The notes below the pieces were generated by a model that searched no databases, was not told the DNA's origin, and saw nothing but the letters and a program-made list of their open reading frames with translations. A program made the position numbers and the translations under genes. Shown here piece after piece: positions 10,739-20,238 of a stretch of 64,000 nt of DNA. How positions within the stretch are numbered: the first letter of the stretch is position 1; each line of letters opens with the position of its first letter. Origin of the DNA: Caulobacteraceae bacterium (GTDB lineage: Bacteria > Pseudomonadota > Alphaproteobacteria > Caulobacterales > Caulobacteraceae); contig CBDIPU010000024.1 of NCBI GenBank assembly GCA_965283765.1, positions 4,701 through 68,700 on the forward strand. Direction: 5' to 3'.

Positions 10739-12955
10739 ATGATCAAGCCCTCGCTCACGGCGCTCGCGGCCGTCCTCGCCCTCGCTACCCCTGCCATGGC
10801 GGAAAAACTCACCCCACAGCGCGTCTTCGCCGACCCCAACCTGAGCGGCCCGACCGCCAAGGGCGTGGCCCTGTCGCCGGACGGCAAGCGTGTCACCTAT
10901 CTGAAGGGTAAGGCCGAGGCGGCGAACGTCCAGGACCTGTGGGCGGCCGACGTCAAGGGCGGCGAGCCCTATCGCCTGATCAACTCGGCGACCCTGTCGT
11001 CGGGGGCCAAGGAACTGTCGGAGGCCGAGAAAGCCCGCCGCGAACGCGCCCGCGTCTCGGCCCGCGGCATTGTCGAATACAGCTGGGACAAGCAGGGCCG
11101 CTTCATCCTGGTCCCGCTGGACGGCGACCTCTATCTGGATAGCATCGCCGACGGCAAGGTCACGCGCCTGACCGAAACCCCGGGCGACGAGGTCGACGCC
11201 AAGGTCTCGCCCAAGGGCGCGTACGTCAGCTATGTCCGCGACCAGAACCTCTACATCAAGCCGGTTGCCGGCGGGCCCGAGAAGGCCCTGACCACCGAGG
11301 GCAAGGACGCCCTGTCGTTCGGCGTCGCCGAGTTCATCGCCCAGGAAGAACTCTCCCGCGCGACCGGCTACTGGTGGAGCCCCGACGAGGCCCACATCGT
11401 CTATGCCCGCGTCGACGAGAACGGCGTCGACATCGTGCCGCGCGCCGACATCGGCCCGACCGGCGCCACCGTGGTCAATCAGCGCTATCCGCGCGCCGGC
11501 CGCCCCAACGCCGTGGTCGACCTGTTCGTCCGCGACCTGGCCTCGGGCAAGGTCGTGCAACTGGACCTGGGCGCCAACAAGGACATCTATGTCGCCCGCG
11601 TCGCCTGGGCCCAGGACGGCAAGACCGTCTATGTCCAGCGCCTGTCGCGAGACCAGAAGACCTTGGACTTGATCGCCTTCGACCCGACCACCGGCGCGGG
11701 CAAGACCATCCTGACCGAGACCGACACCCACTTCATCGAGCTGCTCGACAACTTCCGGGCGCTGCAGGACGGGACCTTCCTGTGGGGCTCGGAACGGGAC
11801 GGCGCCAGCCACCTCTACCGCTACGCCGCCGACGGCAAGCTGATCGCCCAGATCACCAAGGGCGACTGGCCGGTCGACAAGCTGGAAGGCGTCGACGAGG
11901 CCCGCAAGGTCGCAATCTTCGGCGCCTCGATGGACAGCCCGCTGGAGCGCCGCATCTATGAGGTGAGCTACGCCAAGCCCGGCAAGCCCAAGGCCCTGAC
12001 CTCGGGCGGCGGCTGGTGGTCGGCCAAGGTGGCCGAGGCTGGCGGCGCCTTCGCCGGCTCCTACAGCGATCCCAAGACCCCGCCTCAGACGGCGCTCTAT
12101 TCGGCCGACGGCAAGCTTGTGCGCTGGATCGAGGAAAACAAGCTGGCCGAGGGCCACGCCTACTGGCCCTACGCCTCGACCCTGCCGGTTCCGGAATACG
12201 GCTCGCTGAAGGCCGCCGACGGCTCGGCCCTGTACTACGAGATCCTCAAGCCCATCGGCTTCGATCCGGCCAAGAAGTACCCGGCCATCGTCTCGGTCTA
12301 TGGCGGCCCGCACGCCCAGCGCGTCACCAAGAGCTGGCATAGCCCGAGCGAGCGCACCTATCTCGAAGCTGGCTACGTGGTCTTCAAGCTGGACAACCGC
12401 GGCAGCGGCAACCGCTCGGCGGCCTTCAAGCGCGCCCTCGACCGCAACCTCGGCACGGTGGAGGTCGACGACCAGTTGCAGGGGGCCAAGTTCCTGCAGA
12501 GCCTGCCCTATGTCGACGCCGACAAGCTGGGCGTGATGGGCTGGTCGTACGGCGGCTTCATGACCCTGATGCTGCTGACGGCCGACAACACCCCGTTCAA
12601 GGCGGGCGCGGCCGGCGCTCCGCCGACCGAATGGGGCCTCTACGACACGGCCTATACCGAGCGCTACATGGGTACGCCCGCCGACAACAAGGCCGGCTAC
12701 GCCTATTCGGACATCAATACCCGCCTGGACAAGCTGAAGCCCGGCAGCCTGCTGCTGCTGCATGGCATGGCCGACGACAACGTGATCTTCGAGAACAGCA
12801 CCCGCGTCATCGCGGCCCTGCAGAAGAAAGCCATCCCGTTCGAGATGGCGCTCTATCCCGGCGAGCGCCACAGCGCGCCCGGCAGCAAGACCAAGGGCCT
12901 CAGCGTGCTGAACACGCACCTGGAGTTCTTCGACCGCAAGCTGAAGGGCCAGTAG
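10739..12955 (+). CDS. Dipeptidyl peptidase IV (S9B)
   Basis: Signal peptide, AQEE, GWSYGG, HGMADDNV, ERH. Confidence 0.93.
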   Translation: MIKPSLTALAAVLALATPAMAEKLTPQRVFADPNLSGPTAKGVALSPDGKRVTYLKGKAEAANVQDLWAADVKGGEPYRLINSATLSSGAKELSEAEKARRERARVSARGIVEYSWDKQGRFILVPLDGDLYLDSIADGKVTRLTETPGDEVDAKVSPKGAYVSYVRDQNLYIKPVAGGPEKALTTEGKDALSFGVAEFIAQEELSRATGYWWSPDEAHIVYARVDENGVDIVPRADIGPTGATVVNQRYPRAGRPNAVVDLFVRDLASGKVVQLDLGANKDIYVARVAWAQDGKTVYVQRLSRDQKTLDLIAFDPTTGAGKTILTETDTHFIELLDNFRALQDGTFLWGSERDGASHLYRYAADGKLIAQITKGDWPVDKLEGVDEARKVAIFGASMDSPLERRIYEVSYAKPGKPKALTSGGGWWSAKVAEAGGAFAGSYSDPKTPPQTALYSADGKLVRWIEENKLAEGHAYWPYASTLPVPEYGSLKAADGSALYYEILKPIGFDPAKKYPAIVSVYGGPHAQRVTKSWHSPSERTYLEAGYVVFKLDNRGSGNRSAAFKRALDRNLGTVEVDDQLQGAKFLQSLPYVDADKLGVMGWSYGGFMTLMLLTADNTPFKAGAAGAPPTEWGLYDTAYTERYMGTPADNKAGYAYSDINTRLDKLKPGSLLLLHGMADDNVIFENSTRVIAALQKKAIPFEMALYPGERHSAPGSKTKGLSVLNTHLEFFDRKLKGQ

Positions 12956-12962
12956 GCTCCAA

Positions 12963-13004
12963 GCCCCTCGCGCGGCCCCGTCACACAGGGCGCGCGCGAG
13001 GGGC
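12963..13004. terminator. GC-rich hairpin after the S9 peptidase
   Basis: GCCCCTCGCGCG ... CGCGCGAGGGGC; no U tract. Confidence 0.45.
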
Positions 13005-13047
13005 CTGCGACTCAATGCTCCACCCACATGCCGCTTTGTCGCAGGCC

Positions 13048-13072
13048 TGAACCGCGAACCACGCTCTACGTT
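13048..13072 (+). promoter_or_regulatory. Putative SigT/EcfG promoter
   Basis: TGAAC-N16-CGTT versus consensus GGAAC-N16/17-CGTT. Confidence 0.5.
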
Positions 13073-13102
13073 ACGCCACAGTGGATTCCCGAGGAGCGCG
13101 TT

Positions 13103-13309
13103 GTGGCGAAGACGACCGACGAAGCCATCGAGCAGCTGATCGCGACCGTGAAGGAAGCGCTCGAGGACGGCCGCGCCTCGGCCTCGGAACTCGAGGAATG
13201 GCTGCTGGCGGCGATCATGCTGGAAGAGATGGGCCTGGAAGAACAGCGCGACGAACGTGACAACCGCACGTTCTCAAGCTGGATGCTGGCCAGTACGACG
13301 CTGCACTAG
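13103..13309 (+). CDS. Small acidic hypothetical protein (68 aa)
   Basis: GAGGAG RBS, GTG start, typical codon usage. Confidence 0.7.
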   Translation: MAKTTDEAIEQLIATVKEALEDGRASASELEEWLLAAIMLEEMGLEEQRDERDNRTFSSWMLASTTLH

Positions 13310-13353
13310 GCCGCTCCGACATTACGCCGAATTCACGCATCGCAGGCTAGCCG

Positions 13354-13383
13354 CGCTACAGACGTAGCGCTACACATGTAGCG
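13354..13383. promoter_or_regulatory. Tandem BlaI-type operators
   Basis: CGCTACAgaCGTAGCG overlapping CGCTACAcaTGTAGCG (TACA-N2-TGTA core). Confidence 0.8.
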
Positions 13384-13406
13384 GACACCGGATAACGGAA
13401 GCCGCC

Positions 13407-13793
13407 ATGATCGAATCCCTGCCCCGACGCGAACGCGAGGTCTTCGAGACCCTCTGTCGCCTGGAGACCGGCGCCGTCGCCAACGTGCGTAGCGCCCTAT
13501 CTGACCCGATCAGCGACTCGGCCATCCGCACCATGCTCTCGCGCCTGGAGGCCAAGGGCCTGGTCGAGCGCGAGGCCGGTCCCGACGGCTTCGTCTACCG
13601 CCCCGCCCCGCGCCCAGAGGCCGTCGCGGCCAGCGCGCTGAAGCGGGTCATCGACACCTTCTTCGCCGGCTCGGCCGCCAGCGCCGCCACCGCCCTGCTG
13701 GGCCTGGGCCAGCGCCTGACCACCGAGGAAGCCGCCGCCCTGGAGCGGGTCATCGACAAGGCCGTGGAGCGGCCGGCGGAGGATCGGTCGTGA
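13407..13793 (+). CDS. BlaI/MecI/CopY family repressor
   Basis: LPRREREV...SAIRTMLSRLEAKGLVER...VIDTFFAGS; overlaps the M56 gene start. Confidence 0.9.
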   Translation: MIESLPRREREVFETLCRLETGAVANVRSALSDPISDSAIRTMLSRLEAKGLVEREAGPDGFVYRPAPRPEAVAASALKRVIDTFFAGSAASAATALLGLGQRLTTEEAAALERVIDKAVERPAEDRS

Positions 13794-15475
13794 CCTGGAC
13801 GCTTCTCTTTTCGCTGCTGGTCAAGTCCAGCGTCGTCGCTGGCGCGGGCCTGGCCTGCGCCCGCTTCCTGGCCCAGCGCCCGGTCGACCGCGTGGACATC
13901 CTGCGCGCCACGGTTGGCCTGCTGCTGGCCATCCCCGTGATCATGAACGTGCTGCCCGCGCTGGACCTGGCCCTGCTGCCGCCAATCACGCCCTACGTCC
14001 CGGTGGAAGGCGCGACCATGGCCGCCGACGCCGCTTCGACTTCCGTCGCCCCGTCCTGGCCGCCGTCGGCCCAGTTGGTCGGCGGCCTGTGGCTGCTGGG
14101 CGTGGCGGCCGTGGTCGGCCAGTTGCTGCTGGGCCTGCTGACCCTCGACCGCTGGACCCGCCAGGGCCGTCCGGTCGAGCACCAGGCCTGGCTGGAGCCG
14201 CTGGAAGACCTGTCGCCCGAGGAAGACCGTCCGCGCCTGATCGCCAGCGAACGCATCACCAGTCCGTTGAGCTGGGGCGTCGCGCCCGGCTTCATCGTCG
14301 TCGATCCCGCCAGCCTGGACGAGCGTCACGCCGCCCGCGCCATCCTGGCCCATGAACTGGCCCACCTGCGTCGCCAGGACTGGATCTTCCTGATCCTGTC
14401 GCGCCTGGCCCTGGCGGTGTTCTGGTTCAACCCGCTGGTCTGGCGCCTGCACGCCGTGCTGGCCGAACGCTCGGAAGAAACCGCCGACGCCGTCGCGCTC
14501 GAGACCGTCGATCGCACCGTCTACGCCCGGACGCTGGTGCGCCTGGCGTCTCACCCCACCGCCCGCCTGATGAGCCCGCGTCCCGCGACCGCGATGGCCG
14601 CCAGCGCCCGCACGCTGAAGACAAGGATCGCCCACATCATGACCCACACCGCTTCACGTCGCCGCCCCGTGACCGTCGCCCTCAGCGTCGTCGCCCTGGC
14701 CGCTGTCGCCACGCCGCTGGCCGCCCTGGGCCTGACGCACCAGGAATGGGTCGCCCCGCCGCCGCCGGCTCCCCCGGCGCCGCCCGCGCCGATGGCCGCG
14801 CCCCCGGCTCCCCCTGCCCCGCCGGTCAGCCCGCCCGCCGCTCCGCCCGCCGCTCCGCCCCCGCCGGCGCCCCCTGCCCCGCCGCCCGAACCGCCCGCCT
14901 ACAAGTCCGGCTACGTCTACAGCTACTACCGCGTCCCCACGGGCGCAGAGCGTGTGGCCGCCGACCTGGCGCGCGCCGAAGCCGATCAGGCGCGCCAGGA
15001 GGCCGAACAGGCCCGTATCGAGGCCGATATCGAGCGTCGCCAGGCCGACCAGAACCGTGTCCGCGCCGACGAAGCCCGTCGCCTCTCGGACATGGCGCGC
15101 GCCCAGGCCGACGTCGCTCGCCAGGCCGCCGAGGGCGCGCGGATGGGCGCTGAACAGGCCCGCCTCGCCGGCGAGCAGGCTCGCATCATCGGCGAACGCG
15201 CTCGCGAGCAGGCCATGCGCCAGGTCGCCAACGCCCGCATCCACATGGCCAACGGCGCCGTGCAGATGCGGCGCGGCGCTCAGCAGATGCGCGAGGAAGC
15301 CGTCCGCCTGCGCGACCCGGCCTATCGCGCCAAGCAGATCGCCGAGAACCGCGAGCGCGGCGGCGTCGTCACCGACGCCGAACTACGCGACCTGGCCGAC
15401 ACGTTGCCGGACAAGGCCAAGGACATGGAGCGTCGCGCCGACGAGTTGGAAGCCCGGTCGCGCAAGCCGAGCTGA
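13790..15475 (+). CDS. M56 (BlaR1-like) membrane metallopeptidase with Pro-rich linker and coiled coil
   Basis: HELAHLRRQD, FWFNPLVW, EETAD, LKTRI motifs and TM segments. Confidence 0.9.
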   Translation: MTWTLLFSLLVKSSVVAGAGLACARFLAQRPVDRVDILRATVGLLLAIPVIMNVLPALDLALLPPITPYVPVEGATMAADAASTSVAPSWPPSAQLVGGLWLLGVAAVVGQLLLGLLTLDRWTRQGRPVEHQAWLEPLEDLSPEEDRPRLIASERITSPLSWGVAPGFIVVDPASLDERHAARAILAHELAHLRRQDWIFLILSRLALAVFWFNPLVWRLHAVLAERSEETADAVALETVDRTVYARTLVRLASHPTARLMSPRPATAMAASARTLKTRIAHIMTHTASRRRPVTVALSVVALAAVATPLAALGLTHQEWVAPPPPAPPAPPAPMAAPPAPPAPPVSPPAAPPAAPPPPAPPAPPPEPPAYKSGYVYSYYRVPTGAERVAADLARAEADQARQEAEQARIEADIERRQADQNRVRADEARRLSDMARAQADVARQAAEGARMGAEQARLAGEQARIIGERAREQAMRQVANARIHMANGAVQMRRGAQQMREEAVRLRDPAYRAKQIAENRERGGVVTDAELRDLADTLPDKAKDMERRADELEARSRKPS

Positions 15476-15540
15476 GATCCCCAATCTGAGGCGACGACGG
15501 CGCTTGACTTCCGTAGCGAAAGAAAACGAACCTCTTTCGC

Positions 15541-16326
15541 ATGACGCTCTACACCGACCTGATCGCCGCCGTCGCCGCCACCGAGTCCGGCTTTTCCGCC
15601 TTCGTCACCGACGACTGGAAGCAGGGCCGGACCACCTATGGCGGGCTGTCGGCGGCGCTCTGCGTCGAAGCGGCGCTACGGACCTTCCCGGAGGCCCCGC
15701 CCCTACGCTCGGCCCAGTTCGCCTTCGTCGGCCCCGCGTCTGGAGAACTGGCCATCCAGGTCAAGCCGCTGCGCCAGGGCAAGTCGACCCTGTTCGTCGC
15801 CGTCGACCTGGTCGGCGAGCAGGGCGTGGCCACCCACGGGGTCCTGACCTTCGGCGCGGCGCGGGCCTCGACGCTGTCGCACAGCGAGGTCCCCGCCCCT
15901 GACGTCGTGGCGCCGAGGCCTGCGAATCCTTCTTTCCGGAGAGCCGCCAGGGCGCGCCGCATTTCTCGGCCCAGTTCGAGGTGCGCAAGGCGGGCGGCAC
16001 GCGACCGCTGGCCGGCGGGGACCCCGAATACCTGCTGTGGATCCGTCACCGCGACCCAGCGGCCCGCTCGCTGTCGGCCCTGATCGCCCTGGCCGACATG
16101 CCGCCGCCTCCGGCCATGGCCCTGTTCACTCAGTTCGCCCCGATCTCGACCATGACCTGGGCCATGGACGTGGTGGGCCTTCCCGCCGAGGACGACGACG
16201 GCTGGCCTGTTGCGCACCAAGGCCGAGACCGTCGGCGAAGGCTATTCCACCCAGAAGATGCACCTGTGGGACCGGAATGGCCTCCCGCTGGTCCTGGCGC
16301 GCCAGAACGTGGCGGTCTTCGCCTGA
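15541..16326 (+). CDS. Acyl-CoA thioesterase (hotdog fold); two apparent frameshifts
   Basis: WKQGRTTYGG and ALADMPPP motifs; frame breaks near 15913 and 16207. Confidence 0.8.
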
Positions 16327-16337
16327 TCCTTCCTTTA

Positions 16338-16470
16338 TCCGATCTCCCCGGCGAAGGCCGGGACCCAGATTGAACCCACGAGCGCTTGACGGACTGAAAG
16401 GGGCGTATCTCGGACCATCCCAGACCGCTCAGGCTGAATCTGGGTCCCGGCCTTCGCCGGGAAGATCGGA
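16338..16470. repeat. CIR-like palindromic repeat, copy 2 (intergenic)
   Basis: Same arms as copy 1 with few substitutions; GAATC at 16436-16440. Confidence 0.9.
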
Positions 16471-16590
16471 AGAGGGGGAAAATCAGAACTTCCTGTACGG
16501 ACGTTCCCTGAAGCCCTTGGCGAGCGCGGATTTTTGACCTCATCCTCGCCGCCGCGCACCCAAACTCGAGACGCGCACGGGGAAACGTCC

Positions 16591-18029
16591 ATGACCAAGT
16601 TCGCCTGCCTGCCTTCCGCGTATCTGGCCGGCGCCGCCGCCCTCGCCCTGCTCGCCGGGACCGCGCAAGCCCAGACCGCCGAACAGGCGACCAAGGCCTA
16701 TCTCGCGGTCATCAAGGACAAGAACCCCGTCCTGCACGCGGTGATCGCCACCAACCCAAACGCCCTTTCCGACGCCAAGGCTCTCGACGCCGAGCGTAAG
16801 GCCGGCAAGGTCCGCTCGCCTCTGCACGGCGCGCCGATCCTGCTGAAGGACAATATCGAGAGCGCCGATCCGCTGCCCACCACGGCCGGCTCACTGGCGC
16901 TGAAGGACAATGTCACCGGCCGCGACGCGCCGATCGCCAAGCGCCTGCGCGACGCCGGCCTGGTCATGCTGGGCAAGGCCAACCTGTCGGAATGGGCCAA
17001 TATCCGTTCGGGCAAGTCGATCAGCGGCTGGAGCGCGATCGGCGGCACGGTGCGCAATCCCTACGTCCTGGACCGCAGCGCCTGCGGCTCGTCCAGCGGC
17101 TCGGCCGCGGCGGTGGCGGCGGGCCTGGCGCCCTGGCCATCGGCACCGAGACCGACGGCTCGATCACCTGCCCGGCGGCGATCAACGGCCTGGTGGGCCT
17201 CAAGCCGACCGTGGGCCTCGTCTCGCGCACCCATATCGTGCCGATCAGCCACAGCCAGGACACCGCCGATCCCGCGACCAGAGAGGCCGACGCCCGCAAG
17301 ACCGACTATGCGGCCGGCCTCTCCAAGGACGCGCTGAAGGGCGTCAAGCTGGCCGTGGCCCGGTTCTACACGGGCTATTCGCCCAACACCGACGCGGTGT
17401 TCGAGGCGGCGCTGAAGGACCTGCGGGACCAGGGCGCGATCCTGGTCGATGTGAAGGACTTCGATGAAGGCCCGATCGGCAAGGCCGAGGGCGTGGTGCT
17501 CTACACCGAGCTGAAGGCCGACATGGCCGCCTATCTCTCCTCGACCGATCCGAAGAAGGTCCCCAGCCGCACGCTGGCCGACCTGATCGCCTTCAACAAG
17601 GCGACGCCCAAGGAGTTCGAATGGTTCGGCCAGGAGAGCTTCGAGCGGGCCGAGAAGACCAAGGGTCTCTCCGATCCCGACTACCTGAAGGCCCTGGCGG
17701 ATTCGAAGCGCCTGGCCGGCCCCGAGGGTATCGACAAGATCCTCAAGGACACCGGCGCGGTGGCGATCATCGCCCCGACCACCGGCCCGGCCTGGACCAT
17801 CGATCCGCTGAACGGCGACAACTATGGCGGCTCGTCGACCACCCTGCCCGCCGTGGCTGGCTATCCGCACCTGACCGTGCCGATGGGCGCCGTCACCGGC
17901 CTGCCGGTCGGCCTCTCGTTCATCGGCCCGGCCTGGAGCGAGAAGCTGCTGCTGGACCTGGGCTACGCGTACGAGCAGGCCACGCACCACCGCAAGACGC
18001 CGACCTTCATCAAGACGATCGCACCGTAG
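16591..18029 (+). pseudogene. Secreted amidase-signature enzyme, frameshifted and with an apparent internal deletion
   Basis: [18 protein letters not shown] motifs; -1 shift near 17133; the GPM segment normally after HSQDTA is absent. Confidence 0.65.
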
Positions 18030-18032
18030 AGG

Positions 18033-18212
18033 CTACGGGACCTTCGGCCGGACCACCTCGATCGGCGGCGGGGGCGGCGTGACCTCGTGCCGGTTCGGTG
18101 CCGAGGGCGGCGGCGGGCCGGACGGCGGATAGTATGGCGCGTACGGACGCCCGTCCGCGCAGGCCGCCACGGTCAGCGCGGCCAGGATCAGCAGGGCCGC
18201 GGGCCTTAGCAT
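18033..18212 (-). CDS. 59-aa proline-rich lipoprotein (not in the ORF track)
   Basis: MLRPAALLILAALTVAA|CADGRPYAPYYPPSGPPPPSAPNRHEVTPPPPPIEVVRPKVP*; ATG overlaps the end of the upstream gene. Confidence 0.75.
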   Translation of the reverse strand: MLRPAALLILAALTVAACADGRPYAPYYPPSGPPPPSAPNRHEVTPPPPPIEVVRPKVP

Positions 18213-18775
18213 CGACGCCCGCCGGCGCTGGGCGGACCGAACAGGCCCGTGCCCGACCGGAAGCAGTCGTTCTCGTAGCGCGGATCCCAGACATCGGTCC
18301 GGCCGTCGGCGCGGGTGAACTGGTAGCGCTCGCCGCGGTCGTCGCGGCCGCTGAGGGTGACCTGACCCGGGCGGTCGGAGGTCACGCCGTAGAACTCGCG
18401 GGTCAGGCCGTCGACCGCGCAGGACGACACCAGGCCGGGACGGCTGAGGTCGCCCGACAGCCCCGCGGCCGAGCCGGTCTGGGCGTTGTAGGCGGCCACA
18501 TCCGTGCCGCCGCCGCGTTGGCCGCCGACGAACACCTGGGTGCCGGTGGCGCTGTCATAGGTCATGATATCCGGCGCCTGACCGGTGATCGGCGCGCCGC
18601 AGATATCGCGGCGCTTGGGTGAGTAGCCTTGGGGCGCGTAGCCTTGCGGCTGTCCCTGCGGCGCGCCGTAGGTCGGCGCGTAGCCGCCGCCGCTCTGCTG
18701 GGCGAAGGCCTGCGTCGAGATCAGGGTCGAGGCCGCGACGGCGGCGGCGACCAGACCATGGGCCAGCTTGCTCAT
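18206..18775 (-). CDS. Secreted hypothetical protein
   Basis: Signal peptide ending AFA|Q, G/Q/Y/P-rich N-terminus, four Cys; ATGA overlap with the upstream gene. Confidence 0.8.
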   Translation of the reverse strand: MSKLAHGLVAAAVAASTLISTQAFAQQSGGGYAPTYGAPQGQPQGYAPQGYSPKRRDICGAPITGQAPDIMTYDSATGTQVFVGGQRGGGTDVAAYNAQTGSAAGLSGDLSRPGLVSSCAVDGLTREFYGVTSDRPGQVTLSGRDDRGERYQFTRADGRTDVWDPRYENDCFRSGTGLFGPPSAGGRRC

Positions 18776-20238
18776 TTGGGCGCTCCCCCTTGTTGCGGCG
18801 CCTGGGACAGAGGCGGCGGGGACCGAGGCGGCGGCGCGCCGGCCAGGCCCGTGGCGGCGGCGTCGTTGGCGAGGTCGGCGGGACCCGAGCTCATGGCCAG
18901 CGGCGCGGGACCGATCGATGGGGCCGGCCAGTAGGTTTCGTAGTCGAGACGGGCGCGGTCGCGCTGGGTGCGATAGAGTTCCGGCGCCTCGAACCACGGA
19001 CGGCAGGTCAGCTCGCCGTCGAAGAAGCCGCTGACCAGCGCCTTGCAGCCCTCGGGGCGAGCGTAGATGCGGTTGTCGACCGCGCGGATCTGGCCGCCGG
19101 CGTCGGCATAGATGCCCGAGCGCATGACACCCACGATCTTGTTGTTGGCGGCGTAGACGATCCCCGAGGCGACGTAGAGGCCGACATCGGTCGCCTCCAG
19201 CTCGCCCGCGTTCAGGCGCAGATTGGCGTTCTCGACGGTCACGGCCCAGTCGCTGTCGCGCACCACGGGACGCAGCAGGGTCGTCTCGTCGCCGCCGCCG
19301 ATATAGACGCCGCGCGAGAAGCCATCGACGTACAGGCCATCGATGGTCACCAACTGCTGGCGGTTCATGCCGCTGAGCACGAAGCCGGCCGAGTTGCGGG
19401 TGCGCGAAGAACCGGTCCAGTCGCCCAGCCGGACGATGCGGATGTCGCGCAGGCGGCTGTCGCCCGAGGTCTCGAAGGCCCCGCCGATGGCGGCGGCGGC
19501 GATCTCGACGTCCTGAGCCATGATCGTGCCAGTGGCCTTGACCACGGCCGAGCGGGTGCGACCGATGAAGGCCACCCCAGCCATTTCGATGCGGCTGTCG
19601 CCGACGTCGAAGGCCGAGGCGTCGCCGTCATAGCGAACCGTGACGTTCTTCAAGGCGATCTCGGTGGCGCGGCCGGTGATGCACGAGGACGAACCCGCGC
19701 GCGAGGCCTCGATGCCCAGCCCTTCCAGCACGACATATTGCACGCCCGGCTGGATGCGGATGCAGGGCTGGCCGGCCGGGGCCACCAGGATCGGGCGATC
19801 CAGGCCAGGCGAGTAGTTGCGCACGACGATGCTGACCGACTGGGTGATGTTCAGCGAGTCGACGCAGGCCCCGCCATTGGCCGAGGTCAGGGTCAGGGTG
19901 TCGCCGTCATAGAGCCGCGCCAGGGTCTGCGAGACCTGGCCGGGATAGGCGTAGTCGCAGTTGATCTCGCGCGGCGCGTAGCCGCCATAGCCGGGACCAT
20001 AGCCGCCGCCCGCCACGCAGCGGCCGTGCGAGCGGTAGTAACCTCGGGCGCAGGGGCGCGGCTTGGCGTAGCGCACCTTGCAGCCGTGCGAGAGGTTCGG
20101 CTGGATCAGCAGGCCGAAGCAGGGACGGATCTGCTGGTCGATCCGGGCGTCCGGCGAGGCGAGCGCCTCGGGCGCGGCGGCCGCGACGCCGAGGATCAAG
20201 GCGGCCCAAAGCGCCAGCAGGCGGCTGAGGCTGCGCAT
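18772..20238 (-). CDS. Secreted right-handed beta-helix (pectin-lyase-like fold) protein
   Basis: Signal peptide, Cys/Tyr/Gly-rich head, alternating hydrophobic strands (GLYVASG, NNKIVG, GIYADAGG, DNRI). Confidence 0.7.
   Translation of the reverse strand: MRSLSRLLALWAALILGVAAAAPEALASPDARIDQQIRPCFGLLIQPNLSHGCKVRYAKPRPCARGYYRSHGRCVAGGGYGPGYGGYAPREINCDYAYPGQVSQTLARLYDGDTLTLTSANGGACVDSLNITQSVSIVVRNYSPGLDRPILVAPAGQPCIRIQPGVQYVVLEGLGIEASRAGSSSCITGRATEIALKNVTVRYDGDASAFDVGDSRIEMAGVAFIGRTRSAVVKATGTIMAQDVEIAAAAIGGAFETSGDSRLRDIRIVRLGDWTGSSRTRNSAGFVLSGMNRQQLVTIDGLYVDGFSRGVYIGGGDETTLLRPVVRDSDWAVTVENANLRLNAGELEATDVGLYVASGIVYAANNKIVGVMRSGIYADAGGQIRAVDNRIYARPEGCKALVSGFFDGELTCRPWFEAPELYRTQRDRARLDYETYWPAPSIGPAPLAMSSGPADLANDAAATGLAGAPPPRSPPPLSQAPQQGGAPK

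Noticed and set aside
14750-14900. C-rich tandem-like repeats
   Set aside because: They simply encode the Pro/Ala linker of the M56 protein
13407-15475. Beta-lactam resistance locus
   Set aside because: No beta-lactamase or PBP gene nearby and no penicillin-binding sensor domain
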